Assembly: GCA_947085095.1 (NCBI GenBank)
Contig: CAMTVD010000014.1
Coordinates: forward strand, 160,001 to 224,000
Origin: an uncultured Thermus sp.
Lineage (GTDB): Bacteria > Deinococcota > Deinococci > Deinococcales > Thermaceae
DNA length: 64,000 bases
Direction of reading: 5' to 3'
Shown: one piece after another, positions 56,554 to 64,000 of the stretch
Numbering within the stretch: position 1 is the stretch's first letter
Layout: every line of letters begins with the position of its first letter
The notes under the pieces: model-generated
Told to the model about the DNA's origin: nothing
The model's input: only the letters and a program-made list of their open reading frames with translations
Database searches by the model: none
Translations under genes and position numbers: made by a program

Positions 56554-57611
56554 TCTAGGTGGCCTCCTTTCTGGCCCAGGGCCAGGTAAGCTCCCTGGCG
56601 CAGGGCGGGGACCTGGAGAGGGTCGTCCTCCAGCTCCAGCAGGAAGGGGAGGAGGGTGGCGGTGAGGGCGTGGCTGGCGGTGCGGGGCACCAGGGCGGGG
56701 ACGTTGGGCAGGCAGAAGTGGGTGACGCCCATCTCCTGGTAGATGCCCACCCGGCTGGTTTCCGCTATGCCCCCCTGGTCAATGGCGAAGTCCAGGAGGA
56801 CGCTCCCCGGGCGCATGCGGGAGAGGAGGTCCCGGGTGAGGAGGAGAGGGGTGCGCTCCCCCGGCACGGCCACCGCCCCCACCAACACGTCGGCGAAGGC
56901 CACGTAGCGCTCCAAGCGGCTTTGGGTGATGAGGGCGGTCACCGCCCCCGGGGCCTCCTTGGCCGCTTCCTCTAAGGCGGTGAGCTCCTTGTCCAGGAGG
57001 TAGACCAAGGCCCCTGCCCCCAGGAAGGCCCGGGCCGCGGCCCGGCCCAGCACCCCCGCTCCCAGGATCACCACGTCGGCGGGGGGGATGCCGGGAAGGC
57101 CGGAGAGGAGAACCCCGGGGCCCAGGGGGGCCTCGAGGAGCCGCCCGGCGATCTGGGGGGCGAGCCTCCCGGCGATCTCGCTCATGGCCTTGAGGACGGG
57201 GCGCTTTTCCCCGTCCCCCACCAGCTCATAACCGATGGCGGTGAGGCCCTTCTCCGCCATGGCCTCAATGAGGCCCGACTCCGCGGTGGCCAGGTGCAGA
57301 AAGCCCATCAGGGTGGCCTCGGGGCGGAGGAGTTCCACCTCCTCGAGGGTGGGCCTGGCCACCTTCAGCACCACCTCGCCCCGGCCGAAGGCCTCTTCCC
57401 GGCTCACCAGCCGGGCCCCAGCCGCTTCGTAAAGGGCGTCGGGGAAGCCCGCCCTCTCCCCGGCCCCCCGCTCCACGTAGACCCGGTGCCCCTTGGCGGA
57501 AAGCTCCCGCACCCCTTGGGGGGTGAGGGCCACCCGGCCTTCCCGCACCTCCTCCCCGAAAGGGGGGAGGGTCTTGAGCCCTAGGCGTTCCTTGGGCAAC
57601 CCTATGTCCAT
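56550..57611 (-). CDS. Alanine dehydrogenase-like protein (probably catalytically impaired)
   Basis: EGRVALTP, FLHLA, MSEIAGR, GAGVLG, AIDQGG; KVARP in place of KVKEP. Confidence 0.85.
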   Translation of the reverse strand: MDIGLPKERLGLKTLPPFGEEVREGRVALTPQGVRELSAKGHRVYVERGAGERAGFPDALYEAAGARLVSREEAFGRGEVVLKVARPTLEEVELLRPEATLMGFLHLATAESGLIEAMAEKGLTAIGYELVGDGEKRPVLKAMSEIAGRLAPQIAGRLLEAPLGPGVLLSGLPGIPPADVVILGAGVLGRAAARAFLGAGALVYLLDKELTALEEAAKEAPGAVTALITQSRLERYVAFADVLVGAVAVPGERTPLLLTRDLLSRMRPGSVLLDFAIDQGGIAETSRVGIYQEMGVTHFCLPNVPALVPRTASHALTATLLPFLLELEDDPLQVPALRQGAYLALGQKGGHLE

Positions 57612-57696
57612 ACCCACCTCCCACCCGAGCTTACGCCAGGGCGCAAAGGCGGATGTCCCTTTTCCTTCTCATGGGCCTCCCCCTTAGGCTTTTCTC

Positions 57697-58176
57697 GTGG
57701 AGGCCTTTGCCGACTGGCTCTTTGTGGTCCTTTGGGTCCTTGGGGTACTCCTCACCTTTGTCCCCTTCGTCCCGGCCACCCTGGTCGTCCTCCTGGCGGC
57801 CTTTTTGCACGAGCTCCTCGTGGGCTTCCGGGAGCTTTCCTTGGGAACCTGGCTCCTCCTTGGGGTCCTGGCCCTTTTGGCCATGACCCTGGACAACGTG
57901 GCCGCCCTTCTCGGGGCCAAGCGCTACGGGGCGGGACGGGCTGGGCTCTGGGGGGCGTTTATCGGCGGCCTTTTGGGCCTTTTCTTGGGCGTATTGGGAA
58001 TCCTCCTCCTCCCCTTCCTCCTGGCCTGGCTCTTTGAGTACCTCTCGGGCCGGACACCTGGGGAGGCCTTGAGGGCCGCCTGGGGCACCCTGGTGGGCCT
58101 CATGGGGGGCGTGGTGGCCAAGGTTCTGGTCCACCTGGCCATGGGGCTTTTGGTGGTGCGGGCCATCTTCCAGTAG
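57697..58176 (+). CDS. DUF456 membrane protein
   Basis: VPFVP, GAKRYGA, Gly-rich hydrophobic helices. Confidence 0.8.
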   Translation: MEAFADWLFVVLWVLGVLLTFVPFVPATLVVLLAAFLHELLVGFRELSLGTWLLLGVLALLAMTLDNVAALLGAKRYGAGRAGLWGAFIGGLLGLFLGVLGILLLPFLLAWLFEYLSGRTPGEALRAAWGTLVGLMGGVVAKVLVHLAMGLLVVRAIFQ

Positions 58177-58186
58177 GCTTAGGCCC

Positions 58187-58426
58187 ATGGGCTTGGTCTT
58201 GGTCACCCGGGAGGGGTGCGGGCTTTGTGAGAGGGCGGAGCGGGCCCTTTGGACCCTGGGGGTGCCCTACGTGCGGCGGGAAGTGGACCGGGAGCCGGAG
58301 CTTTCCCCCTATGGCCTCCGCGTGCCCGTCCTCCTTTGGGAAAGCGGGGAGGTGCTCTTAGAAGGCGCTTTTGGCGAAAGGGAACTCTTGGCCCTTATGG
58401 AAAGACCCTTAGGAGGTGAGGCGTGA
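58187..58426 (+). CDS. Glutaredoxin-like protein (DUF836)
   Basis: [16 protein letters not shown]. Confidence 0.82.
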   Translation: MGLVLVTREGCGLCERAERALWTLGVPYVRREVDREPELSPYGLRVPVLLWESGEVLLEGAFGERELLALMERPLGGEA

Positions 58427-59265
58427 ATCCCACCATGATAGAGATCGGTCCTTTGCGCATCCAGTGGTACGGCTTTCTCCTTACCCTGGCCATCCTCATC
58501 GGCTTTGAGCTGGCCAAGCGCCGGCTGAAGGCCTGGGGCTTTGACCCGGAGAAGTTTGAGACCGTGGCCTTCTTTGCCGTGGTCTTTGGCGTGGTGGGGG
58601 CCAGGCTGGGTTACGTCCTCACTTCTCCCGGATACTTCCTGGAAAACCCCGTGGAGATCCTCTACATCTGGCACGGGGGCCTCTCCTTCCACGGGGCCAT
58701 TTTGGGCGGGGCCTTGGTTTTCTTCTACTACCACAAGAAGAAGGGTTACCCCCTCTGGCCCTACCTGGACGCCACCGCCCCGGGGGTGGCCTTGGGCATC
58801 CTCGCCGGGCGCATCGGCAACCTGATGAACGGCTCGGACACTGCAGGCCGCCTCACCACCCTGCCCATCGGCTTCACCTGGCCGGAGTGGGCCAAGGGCT
58901 TTCCTGGGGTCTGCCCCGGGATTGACGACATCACCCAGGTCTACCAGTGCGCGGAGCTCCTCAGGGGCCCGGTCCACCTCACCCAGGTCTACGGGGCCCT
59001 GGTGGGGCTCATCCTCCTGCCCCTGTCCTACTACTGGCTCAGGAAGAAGCCCTTCTACGGCTACGCTTTCTGGCAACTGATCCTCTGGTACAGCGTCTTG
59101 CGCTCGGTTTTGGAGGAGCCCTTCCGCCTCAACCCCCTCTGGCTCCCGGTTTACCGGAACGAGGAGCTGGGGATCGGCCTCTTCACCGCCACCCAGGTGG
59201 TGAGCCTCCCCCTGATCCTGCTTTCCCTCTACATGCTGAGGCGGCTTCGCACCCAGACTGGCTAA
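58423..59265 (+). CDS. lgt: Prolipoprotein diacylglyceryl transferase
   Basis: [31 protein letters not shown]. Confidence 0.93.
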   Translation: MNPTMIEIGPLRIQWYGFLLTLAILIGFELAKRRLKAWGFDPEKFETVAFFAVVFGVVGARLGYVLTSPGYFLENPVEILYIWHGGLSFHGAILGGALVFFYYHKKKGYPLWPYLDATAPGVALGILAGRIGNLMNGSDTAGRLTTLPIGFTWPEWAKGFPGVCPGIDDITQVYQCAELLRGPVHLTQVYGALVGLILLPLSYYWLRKKPFYGYAFWQLILWYSVLRSVLEEPFRLNPLWLPVYRNEELGIGLFTATQVVSLPLILLSLYMLRRLRTQTG

Positions 59266-59274
59266 GATAGAGGC

Positions 59275-60639
59275 ATGCACGCCCACGTGATTCTGGCCGC
59301 GGGGCAGGGGACCAGGATGAGGTCCCGCCTGCCCAAGGTGCTCCACCCCCTTTTGGGTAAGCCCATGCTGGCCTACGCCGTGGAGGCCGCCTTGGCCTTG
59401 GCCCCGGAGAAGCTGGTGGTGGTGGTGGGCCACGGGGCCGAGGCGGTGAAGGAGGCCCTGAAGGGCTACCCCGTGGTCTTCGCCGAGCAGAAGGAGCAGC
59501 TGGGCACCGCCCACGCCCTCCTGCAGGCGGAAAGCCTCCTGGGGGGTTTCCCTGGCCCCTTCCTGGTCACCCAGGGGGACACCCCCCTCCTCCGCCCCGA
59601 GACCCTGAAGGCCCTTTTGGCGGGGGTGCGGGAGGGGGCGGGCATGGCCCTCCTCACCGTGGAGCTCCCTGACCCCACGGGCTACGGCCGGATCCTTAGG
59701 GAGGGGGAGGAGGTCCTGGGCAACGTGGAGGAGAAGGACGCCCCTCCCGAGGTCAAGGCCCTGAAGGAGGTGAACGCTGGAGCCTACGCCTTGGATGGCT
59801 TCCTCTTCCAGGCCCTCAAGGGGGTGCAGAACGAGAACGCCGCCCGGGAGTACTACCTCCCCGACCTCATCGCCATCTATCGGGCTCATGGGAGGAAGGT
59901 GGTGGCGGTGCGGGGGGTGGCGGAGGAGGCCTTAGGGGTGAATACCCGGGAGGAGCTTTCCCGGGTAGAGGAGATTTTCTTGAGGGCTCTCCGCTCCCAC
60001 TGGATGCGCCAGGGGGTGCGGATGGTCCTGCCGGAGAGCATCTACCTGGAGCCCACGGTGGAGCTTTCCCCCGATGTTACCCTCTGGCCTGGGGTGATCC
60101 TCAAGGGGCGGACCCGGATTGGGGAAGGGTGCGAGGTGGGGGCCTATAGCGTCCTGGAGGACACCATCCTGGAGGCCGGGGCCCGGGTTCACGCCCACAC
60201 CGTGGCCCAGGGGGCCCACCTCTTCCCGGGGGCGGAGGCCGGGCCTTTCGCCCGTTTGCGCCCCGGGGCGGTCCTCAGGGAAGAGGTCCACGTGGGCAAC
60301 TTCGTGGAGGTGAAGAAGAGCCTCCTCCACAAAGGGGTCAAGGCGGGCCACCTCGCCTACCTGGGGGATGCCGAGGTGGGGGAGGGGACGAACATCGGGG
60401 CTGGGGTCATCACCGCCAACTACGACGGGAAGCGAAAGCACAAGACCGAGATCGGCAAGAGGGCCTTCATCGGCTCGGATAGCGTCCTGGTGGCCCCGGT
60501 GAAGGTGGGGGATAAGGCCATGGTGGGGGCGGGGAGCGTCATCACCCAGGACGTGCCGGAAGGGGCCTTGGCCGTGGCCCGGGGGCGGCAGCGGAACCTC
60601 GAGGGCTACGCCCTGAAGAAGCTTTCGGAGGAAGGGTAG
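59275..60639 (+). CDS. glmU: Bifunctional GlmU
   Basis: LAAGQGTRM, GYGRI, EYYL, GNFVEVK, hexapeptide repeats. Confidence 0.96.
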   Translation: MHAHVILAAGQGTRMRSRLPKVLHPLLGKPMLAYAVEAALALAPEKLVVVVGHGAEAVKEALKGYPVVFAEQKEQLGTAHALLQAESLLGGFPGPFLVTQGDTPLLRPETLKALLAGVREGAGMALLTVELPDPTGYGRILREGEEVLGNVEEKDAPPEVKALKEVNAGAYALDGFLFQALKGVQNENAAREYYLPDLIAIYRAHGRKVVAVRGVAEEALGVNTREELSRVEEIFLRALRSHWMRQGVRMVLPESIYLEPTVELSPDVTLWPGVILKGRTRIGEGCEVGAYSVLEDTILEAGARVHAHTVAQGAHLFPGAEAGPFARLRPGAVLREEVHVGNFVEVKKSLLHKGVKAGHLAYLGDAEVGEGTNIGAGVITANYDGKRKHKTEIGKRAFIGSDSVLVAPVKVGDKAMVGAGSVITQDVPEGALAVARGRQRNLEGYALKKLSEEG

Positions 60640-60684
60640 CCCCCTTCATCCCCCATTCAGCTTTCCGGTGGTAGACTAGAGGGC

Positions 60685-60909
60685 ATGAACCTGGGCATGC
60701 CGGAAATCCTGGTGATCCTGGTGGTGGCCCTCCTCATCTTTGGGCCCAAGAAGCTTCCCGAGCTGGGGCGCTCCCTGGGCCAGAGCATCCGCGAGTTCAA
60801 GCGGGGGGCCCAGGAGATCCGCGAGGAGCTGGAGAAGAGCGTGGAGGTCAAGGAGGTTAAGGAAGAACCCAAGCAGGGGGCCAAGCCCCAGGAGGAGACC
60901 AAGGCTTGA
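60685..60909 (+). CDS. tatA: Twin-arginine translocase TatA
   Basis: LLIFGPKKLPELGRSLG..IREFK. Confidence 0.95.
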   Translation: MNLGMPEILVILVVALLIFGPKKLPELGRSLGQSIREFKRGAQEIREELEKSVEVKEVKEEPKQGAKPQEETKA

Positions 60910-61649
60910 AGGAAGCCCCCCTGGTAGAACATCTAGAGGAACTCCGCACCCGCCTCATCTGGGCCCTCCTTTCCTGGGCGGTGGGGGTTGGGGTGGCCTG
61001 GACGTTTAGGGTGGAGCTTCTGGAGTGGCTGAGGCGCCCTTTGGACCTGGCGGCCAAGGCCAACAACATCCAGGTGAACCTCATCGTCCTGGACATCACC
61101 GAACCCTTCTTGGTCTCCTTGAAGGTGGCCGCTTTTGGGGGCCTCGTCCTCGCCCTGCCCTTCATCGTTTACCAGGTCTGGGCCTTCATCGCCCCGGGGC
61201 TTTACGAGCACGAGAAGCGCCTGGCCGTCCCCTTCCTGCTGGGGGCGGGCTTCAGCTTCGCCCTGGGGGCCCTCTTCGCCTACTACGGCTTTTTGCCCTT
61301 CGCCATCCCCTTCCTCCTGGGCTTTCTGGGGGACGTGATCACCCCCCAGATCTCCATCGGCCGGTACATGGGCCAGGTCCTCATGATGATGACGGTCTTG
61401 GGTCTGGTCTTTGAGATGCCGGTGGTGAGCTACCTCCTGGCCCGGCTCGGTATCCTCTCCTCGGACTTCCTGGCCCGCAACTGGCGGATCGCCGTGGTTC
61501 TCCTCCTCGCCCTGGCGGCGGTCATCACCCCCACGGTGGACGTGGTGAGCCTCACCATCGTCACCGGGCCCCTCCTGGTCCTTTACTGGATCTCGGTCCT
61601 GGTGGCCCGGGTGGCGGAAAGGAGGAGGCCCAAGGAGGAGACCGCTTGA
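60906..61649 (+). CDS. tatC: Twin-arginine translocase TatC
   Basis: EHLEELR, YQVWAFIAPGL, FEMP, ITPT. Confidence 0.95.
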   Translation: MKEAPLVEHLEELRTRLIWALLSWAVGVGVAWTFRVELLEWLRRPLDLAAKANNIQVNLIVLDITEPFLVSLKVAAFGGLVLALPFIVYQVWAFIAPGLYEHEKRLAVPFLLGAGFSFALGALFAYYGFLPFAIPFLLGFLGDVITPQISIGRYMGQVLMMMTVLGLVFEMPVVSYLLARLGILSSDFLARNWRIAVVLLLALAAVITPTVDVVSLTIVTGPLLVLYWISVLVARVAERRRPKEETA

Positions 61650-61682
61650 CAGCCAGGGGGAGCTTTCCCCATAAAATAGCCC

Positions 61683-62759
61683 ATGGACGAGCGCATCCAG
61701 GCCCTTAGAAGGGAGGTGGACCGGGTCAACCGGGAGCTCCTTCGGCTCCTTTCCGAGAGGGGCCGCCTGGTGCAGGAGATCGGCCGCATCCAGACCGAGC
61801 TGGGCCTCCCCCACTACGACCCCAAGCGGGAGGAGGAGATGCTCGCCTACCTCACCCGGGAGAACCCGGGCCCCTTCCCCAACGAGACCATCAAGAAGCT
61901 CTTCAAGGAGATCTTCAAGGCGAGCCTGGACCTCGAGGAGAAGGAGGACCAGAAGAAGTTCCTCTACTCCAAGAAGGCCAAGCCCGAGCCCACCCAGGTG
62001 CGGGTGAAGGACGTGGTCTTCGGGGAAAGCCCCCTCCTCATCGCCGGGCCCTGCTCCATAGAGGGCGAGGAGCAGATGATGGAAACCGCCCGCTTCCTGG
62101 CGTCCAAGGGGGTGAGGGTCTTAAGGGGCGGGGCCTTCAAGCCCAGGACCAGCCCCTACGGCTTCCAGGGCCTGGGGGTGGAGGGGCTGAAGCTGGGGAG
62201 GTGGGCGGCGGACGCCTTCGGCATGGTCTTCGTCACCGAGGTCATGGACACCCGGGACGTGGAGGTGGTGGCGGAGTACGCCCACATCCTCCAGATCGGG
62301 GCCAGGAACATGCAGAACTTCGCCCTCCTCAAGGAGGTGGGGCGGGTGGGAAAACCCGTCCTCCTCAAAAGGGGGCTTTCCGCCACCATGGAGGAGTGGT
62401 TCTACGCCGCCGAGTACATCCTTTCCCAGGGGAACGAACAGGTGATCCTGGCGGAGAGGGGGATCCGCACCTTTGAGCGCTGGACCAGGAACACCCTGGA
62501 CCTCTCGGCCGTGGCCCTGGCCAAGCAGGAGACCCACCTCCCGGTGGTCGTGGACGTGACCCACGCCGCCGGGCGCACCGACCTCCTGGCCCCCCTGGCC
62601 CGGGCCGCCTTGGCGGTGGGGGCGGACGGGGTGCACGTGGAGGTCCACCCCAACCCCAAGGTGGCCCTCTCCGACAACCAGCAACAGCTGGACTTCGCCC
62701 AGTTTGAGCGCTTCCTGGAGGCCATCCAAGACCTCCTCCAGGCTCCCCCTAGACCCTAG
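61683..62759 (+). CDS. Chorismate mutase-fused DAHP synthase (type I-beta)
   Basis: N-terminal CM-like LRREVDRVN...YDPKREEEML; AGPCS, KPRTSPY, IGARNMQN, ERGIRTF. Confidence 0.93.
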   Translation: MDERIQALRREVDRVNRELLRLLSERGRLVQEIGRIQTELGLPHYDPKREEEMLAYLTRENPGPFPNETIKKLFKEIFKASLDLEEKEDQKKFLYSKKAKPEPTQVRVKDVVFGESPLLIAGPCSIEGEEQMMETARFLASKGVRVLRGGAFKPRTSPYGFQGLGVEGLKLGRWAADAFGMVFVTEVMDTRDVEVVAEYAHILQIGARNMQNFALLKEVGRVGKPVLLKRGLSATMEEWFYAAEYILSQGNEQVILAERGIRTFERWTRNTLDLSAVALAKQETHLPVVVDVTHAAGRTDLLAPLARAALAVGADGVHVEVHPNPKVALSDNQQQLDFAQFERFLEAIQDLLQAPPRP

Positions 62760-62773
62760 ACCCCCAATCCCCC

Positions 62774-63712
62774 ATGGGCTTCCTGGATAACCTCTTAAGC
62801 GCCTTCCTCAAGGCCACCGACCCCAGGCCCCGCTACACCGAGGCTCGCTGCCTCCTCTACAAGAACAGCGTGGGGGGGTGCGACCGCTGCTACCAGGCCT
62901 GCCCCAAGGGAGCGGTGCGCCTCGAGGGGTGGCGGGTGGAGCTGGACGAGGCCCTGTGTACGGGGTGTGGCCTGTGCACCGGGGTCTGCCCCGGGGTGGC
63001 CCTGGAGTACCCCTTGGGGGGCATCCAGGAGGCCCTGATCCGGGGGAAGGGGCAGATAAGGTGCTCTAAGGCGGAGGGAAAGGGAGAGGAGGTCCTCTGC
63101 CTGGGTCGCCTCACCCCGGGGCTTCTGGCCGAGGCGGGAAGCCGCTTCGGCAAGGTGGTCCTGGCCCGGGGGGCCTGCGCCTCCTGCCGGATCGGGGGGC
63201 CCTCCGTCCCCGAGCACCTGGAAAGGATGGCCGAGGAGGCCAGGCGCTACCACCCCCTGGAGGTGGAGGTGGTGGAGGGGCCCTTGCCGGGGGAGCCCGT
63301 GGGCCGACGGGAGCTTTTCCAGGCCCTTCTGGGGAGCGCCAAGCGCACCGCCGCCGACCTGGTCCCCGAGTTGCCCCTTCCCGCCCCTGAGGAGGAGAAG
63401 GGCCTTCCCCCCGAGCTCCGCCTGCGCCGCCTGGCGGCGGAGCGGGCTTTTGAGGTGCGCTGGCCCCGGATCCGGGTGGAGGAGGGGTGCACCCTCTGCC
63501 CCGTCTGCACCAACGTCTGCCCCACGGGGGCGGTCCAGCGGGTCAGGGAGGGGGAGGAGTACGTCCTCTACCTCCAGGTGGAGGCCTGCACCGGGTGCGG
63601 GGCCTGTGTGGCAAGCTGCCCGCCCCAGGTGATCCGCCTCGAGGAGGCCTCCAAGGAGGAGCTTGGCGAGTTGGAACTCTTCCGGGGCAAGCCCCCCTGG
63701 TACGACCTTTGA
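62774..63712 (+). CDS. Polyferredoxin (multiple 4Fe-4S)
   Basis: CDRCYQACP, CTGCGLCTGVCP, CTLCPVCTNVCP, CTGCGACVASCP. Confidence 0.88.
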   Translation: MGFLDNLLSAFLKATDPRPRYTEARCLLYKNSVGGCDRCYQACPKGAVRLEGWRVELDEALCTGCGLCTGVCPGVALEYPLGGIQEALIRGKGQIRCSKAEGKGEEVLCLGRLTPGLLAEAGSRFGKVVLARGACASCRIGGPSVPEHLERMAEEARRYHPLEVEVVEGPLPGEPVGRRELFQALLGSAKRTAADLVPELPLPAPEEEKGLPPELRLRRLAAERAFEVRWPRIRVEEGCTLCPVCTNVCPTGAVQRVREGEEYVLYLQVEACTGCGACVASCPPQVIRLEEASKEELGELELFRGKPPWYDL

Positions 63713-63736
63713 ACCTAGTATAATCCCCTTAAACCT

Positions 63737-64000
63737 ATGGATGCGGATGTCCTTGTGGTGGGTGGGGGCTTGGCGGGCCTGGTGGTGGCCACCGAGGTGG
63801 CGGCAAGGGGCAAGCGCGTCCTCCTCCTGGAGCAGGAGCCTTACTTGGGCGGGCAAGCCTTCTGGTCCTTCGGGGGGCTTTTCTTGGTGAATTCCCCCGA
63901 GCAGAGGCGGCTTGGCATCCGGGACTCCCTGGAATTGGCCCGCCAGGACTGGTTCGGCTCGGCGGGCCACGATCGGCCCGAGGACGCTTGGGGGCGGCGC
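63737..64000 (+). CDS. FAD-binding dehydrogenase (3'-truncated by window)
   Basis: MDADVLVVGGGLAGLV...LGGQAFWSFGGLFLVNSPEQRR; TATAAT at 63719-63724. Confidence 0.88.
   Translation, partial: MDADVLVVGGGLAGLVVATEVAARGKRVLLLEQEPYLGGQAFWSFGGLFLVNSPEQRRLGIRDSLELARQDWFGSAGHDRPEDAWGRR

Noticed and set aside
58309..59889. 526-aa minus-strand ORF
   Set aside because: Antisense shadow of lgt/glmU
62747..62773. CCCTAGA tandem duplication at the DAHP synthase stop
   Set aside because: Two copies of 7 bp; too short to interpret
1..64000. tRNA, rRNA, IS, integrase or prophage genes
   Set aside because: No cloverleaf or T-loop signatures in the short intergenic gaps, and no transposase, integrase or phage motifs among the ORFs

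Overview
High-GC, densely coded chromosomal segment of a Thermus species (Deinococcota), judged from the protein sequences and the strongly G/C-ending codons. It holds about 67 protein genes, mostly core: holB, ricT, menG, arsC, pepF, mutS2, a maltose ABC cluster with a GH13 enzyme, rdgB, LOG, murI, metK, speA, prs, a peptide ABC cluster, truA, fbpABC, osmC, hsp20, patB, trmB, mqnL, topA, lgt, glmU, tatAC and chorismate mutase-DAHP synthase. I found no rRNA, tRNA, CRISPR array, transposase or phage gene. The most notable items are: (1) a 53-codon ORF missed by the ORF track, coupled to rdgB and lying in a highly structured stretch; (2) a HEPN-MNT module with a non-canonical Rx4Y HEPN, wedged between alaX and rsuA; (3) an alanine-dehydrogenase-like protein missing its catalytic Lys, coupled to a CoA transferase; (4) a PknB-like PASTA protein with an eroded kinase domain; (5) a DUF4388 plus atypical REC-HD-GYP pair; (6) an 8x33-bp repeat coiled-coil membrane protein; (7) an internal RBS+ATG inside trmB; (8) a pervasive TANNNT-N5-9-start (leaderless) architecture. 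All calls come from motif recognition by eye, with no database search. I cannot show that any item is truly undescribed.
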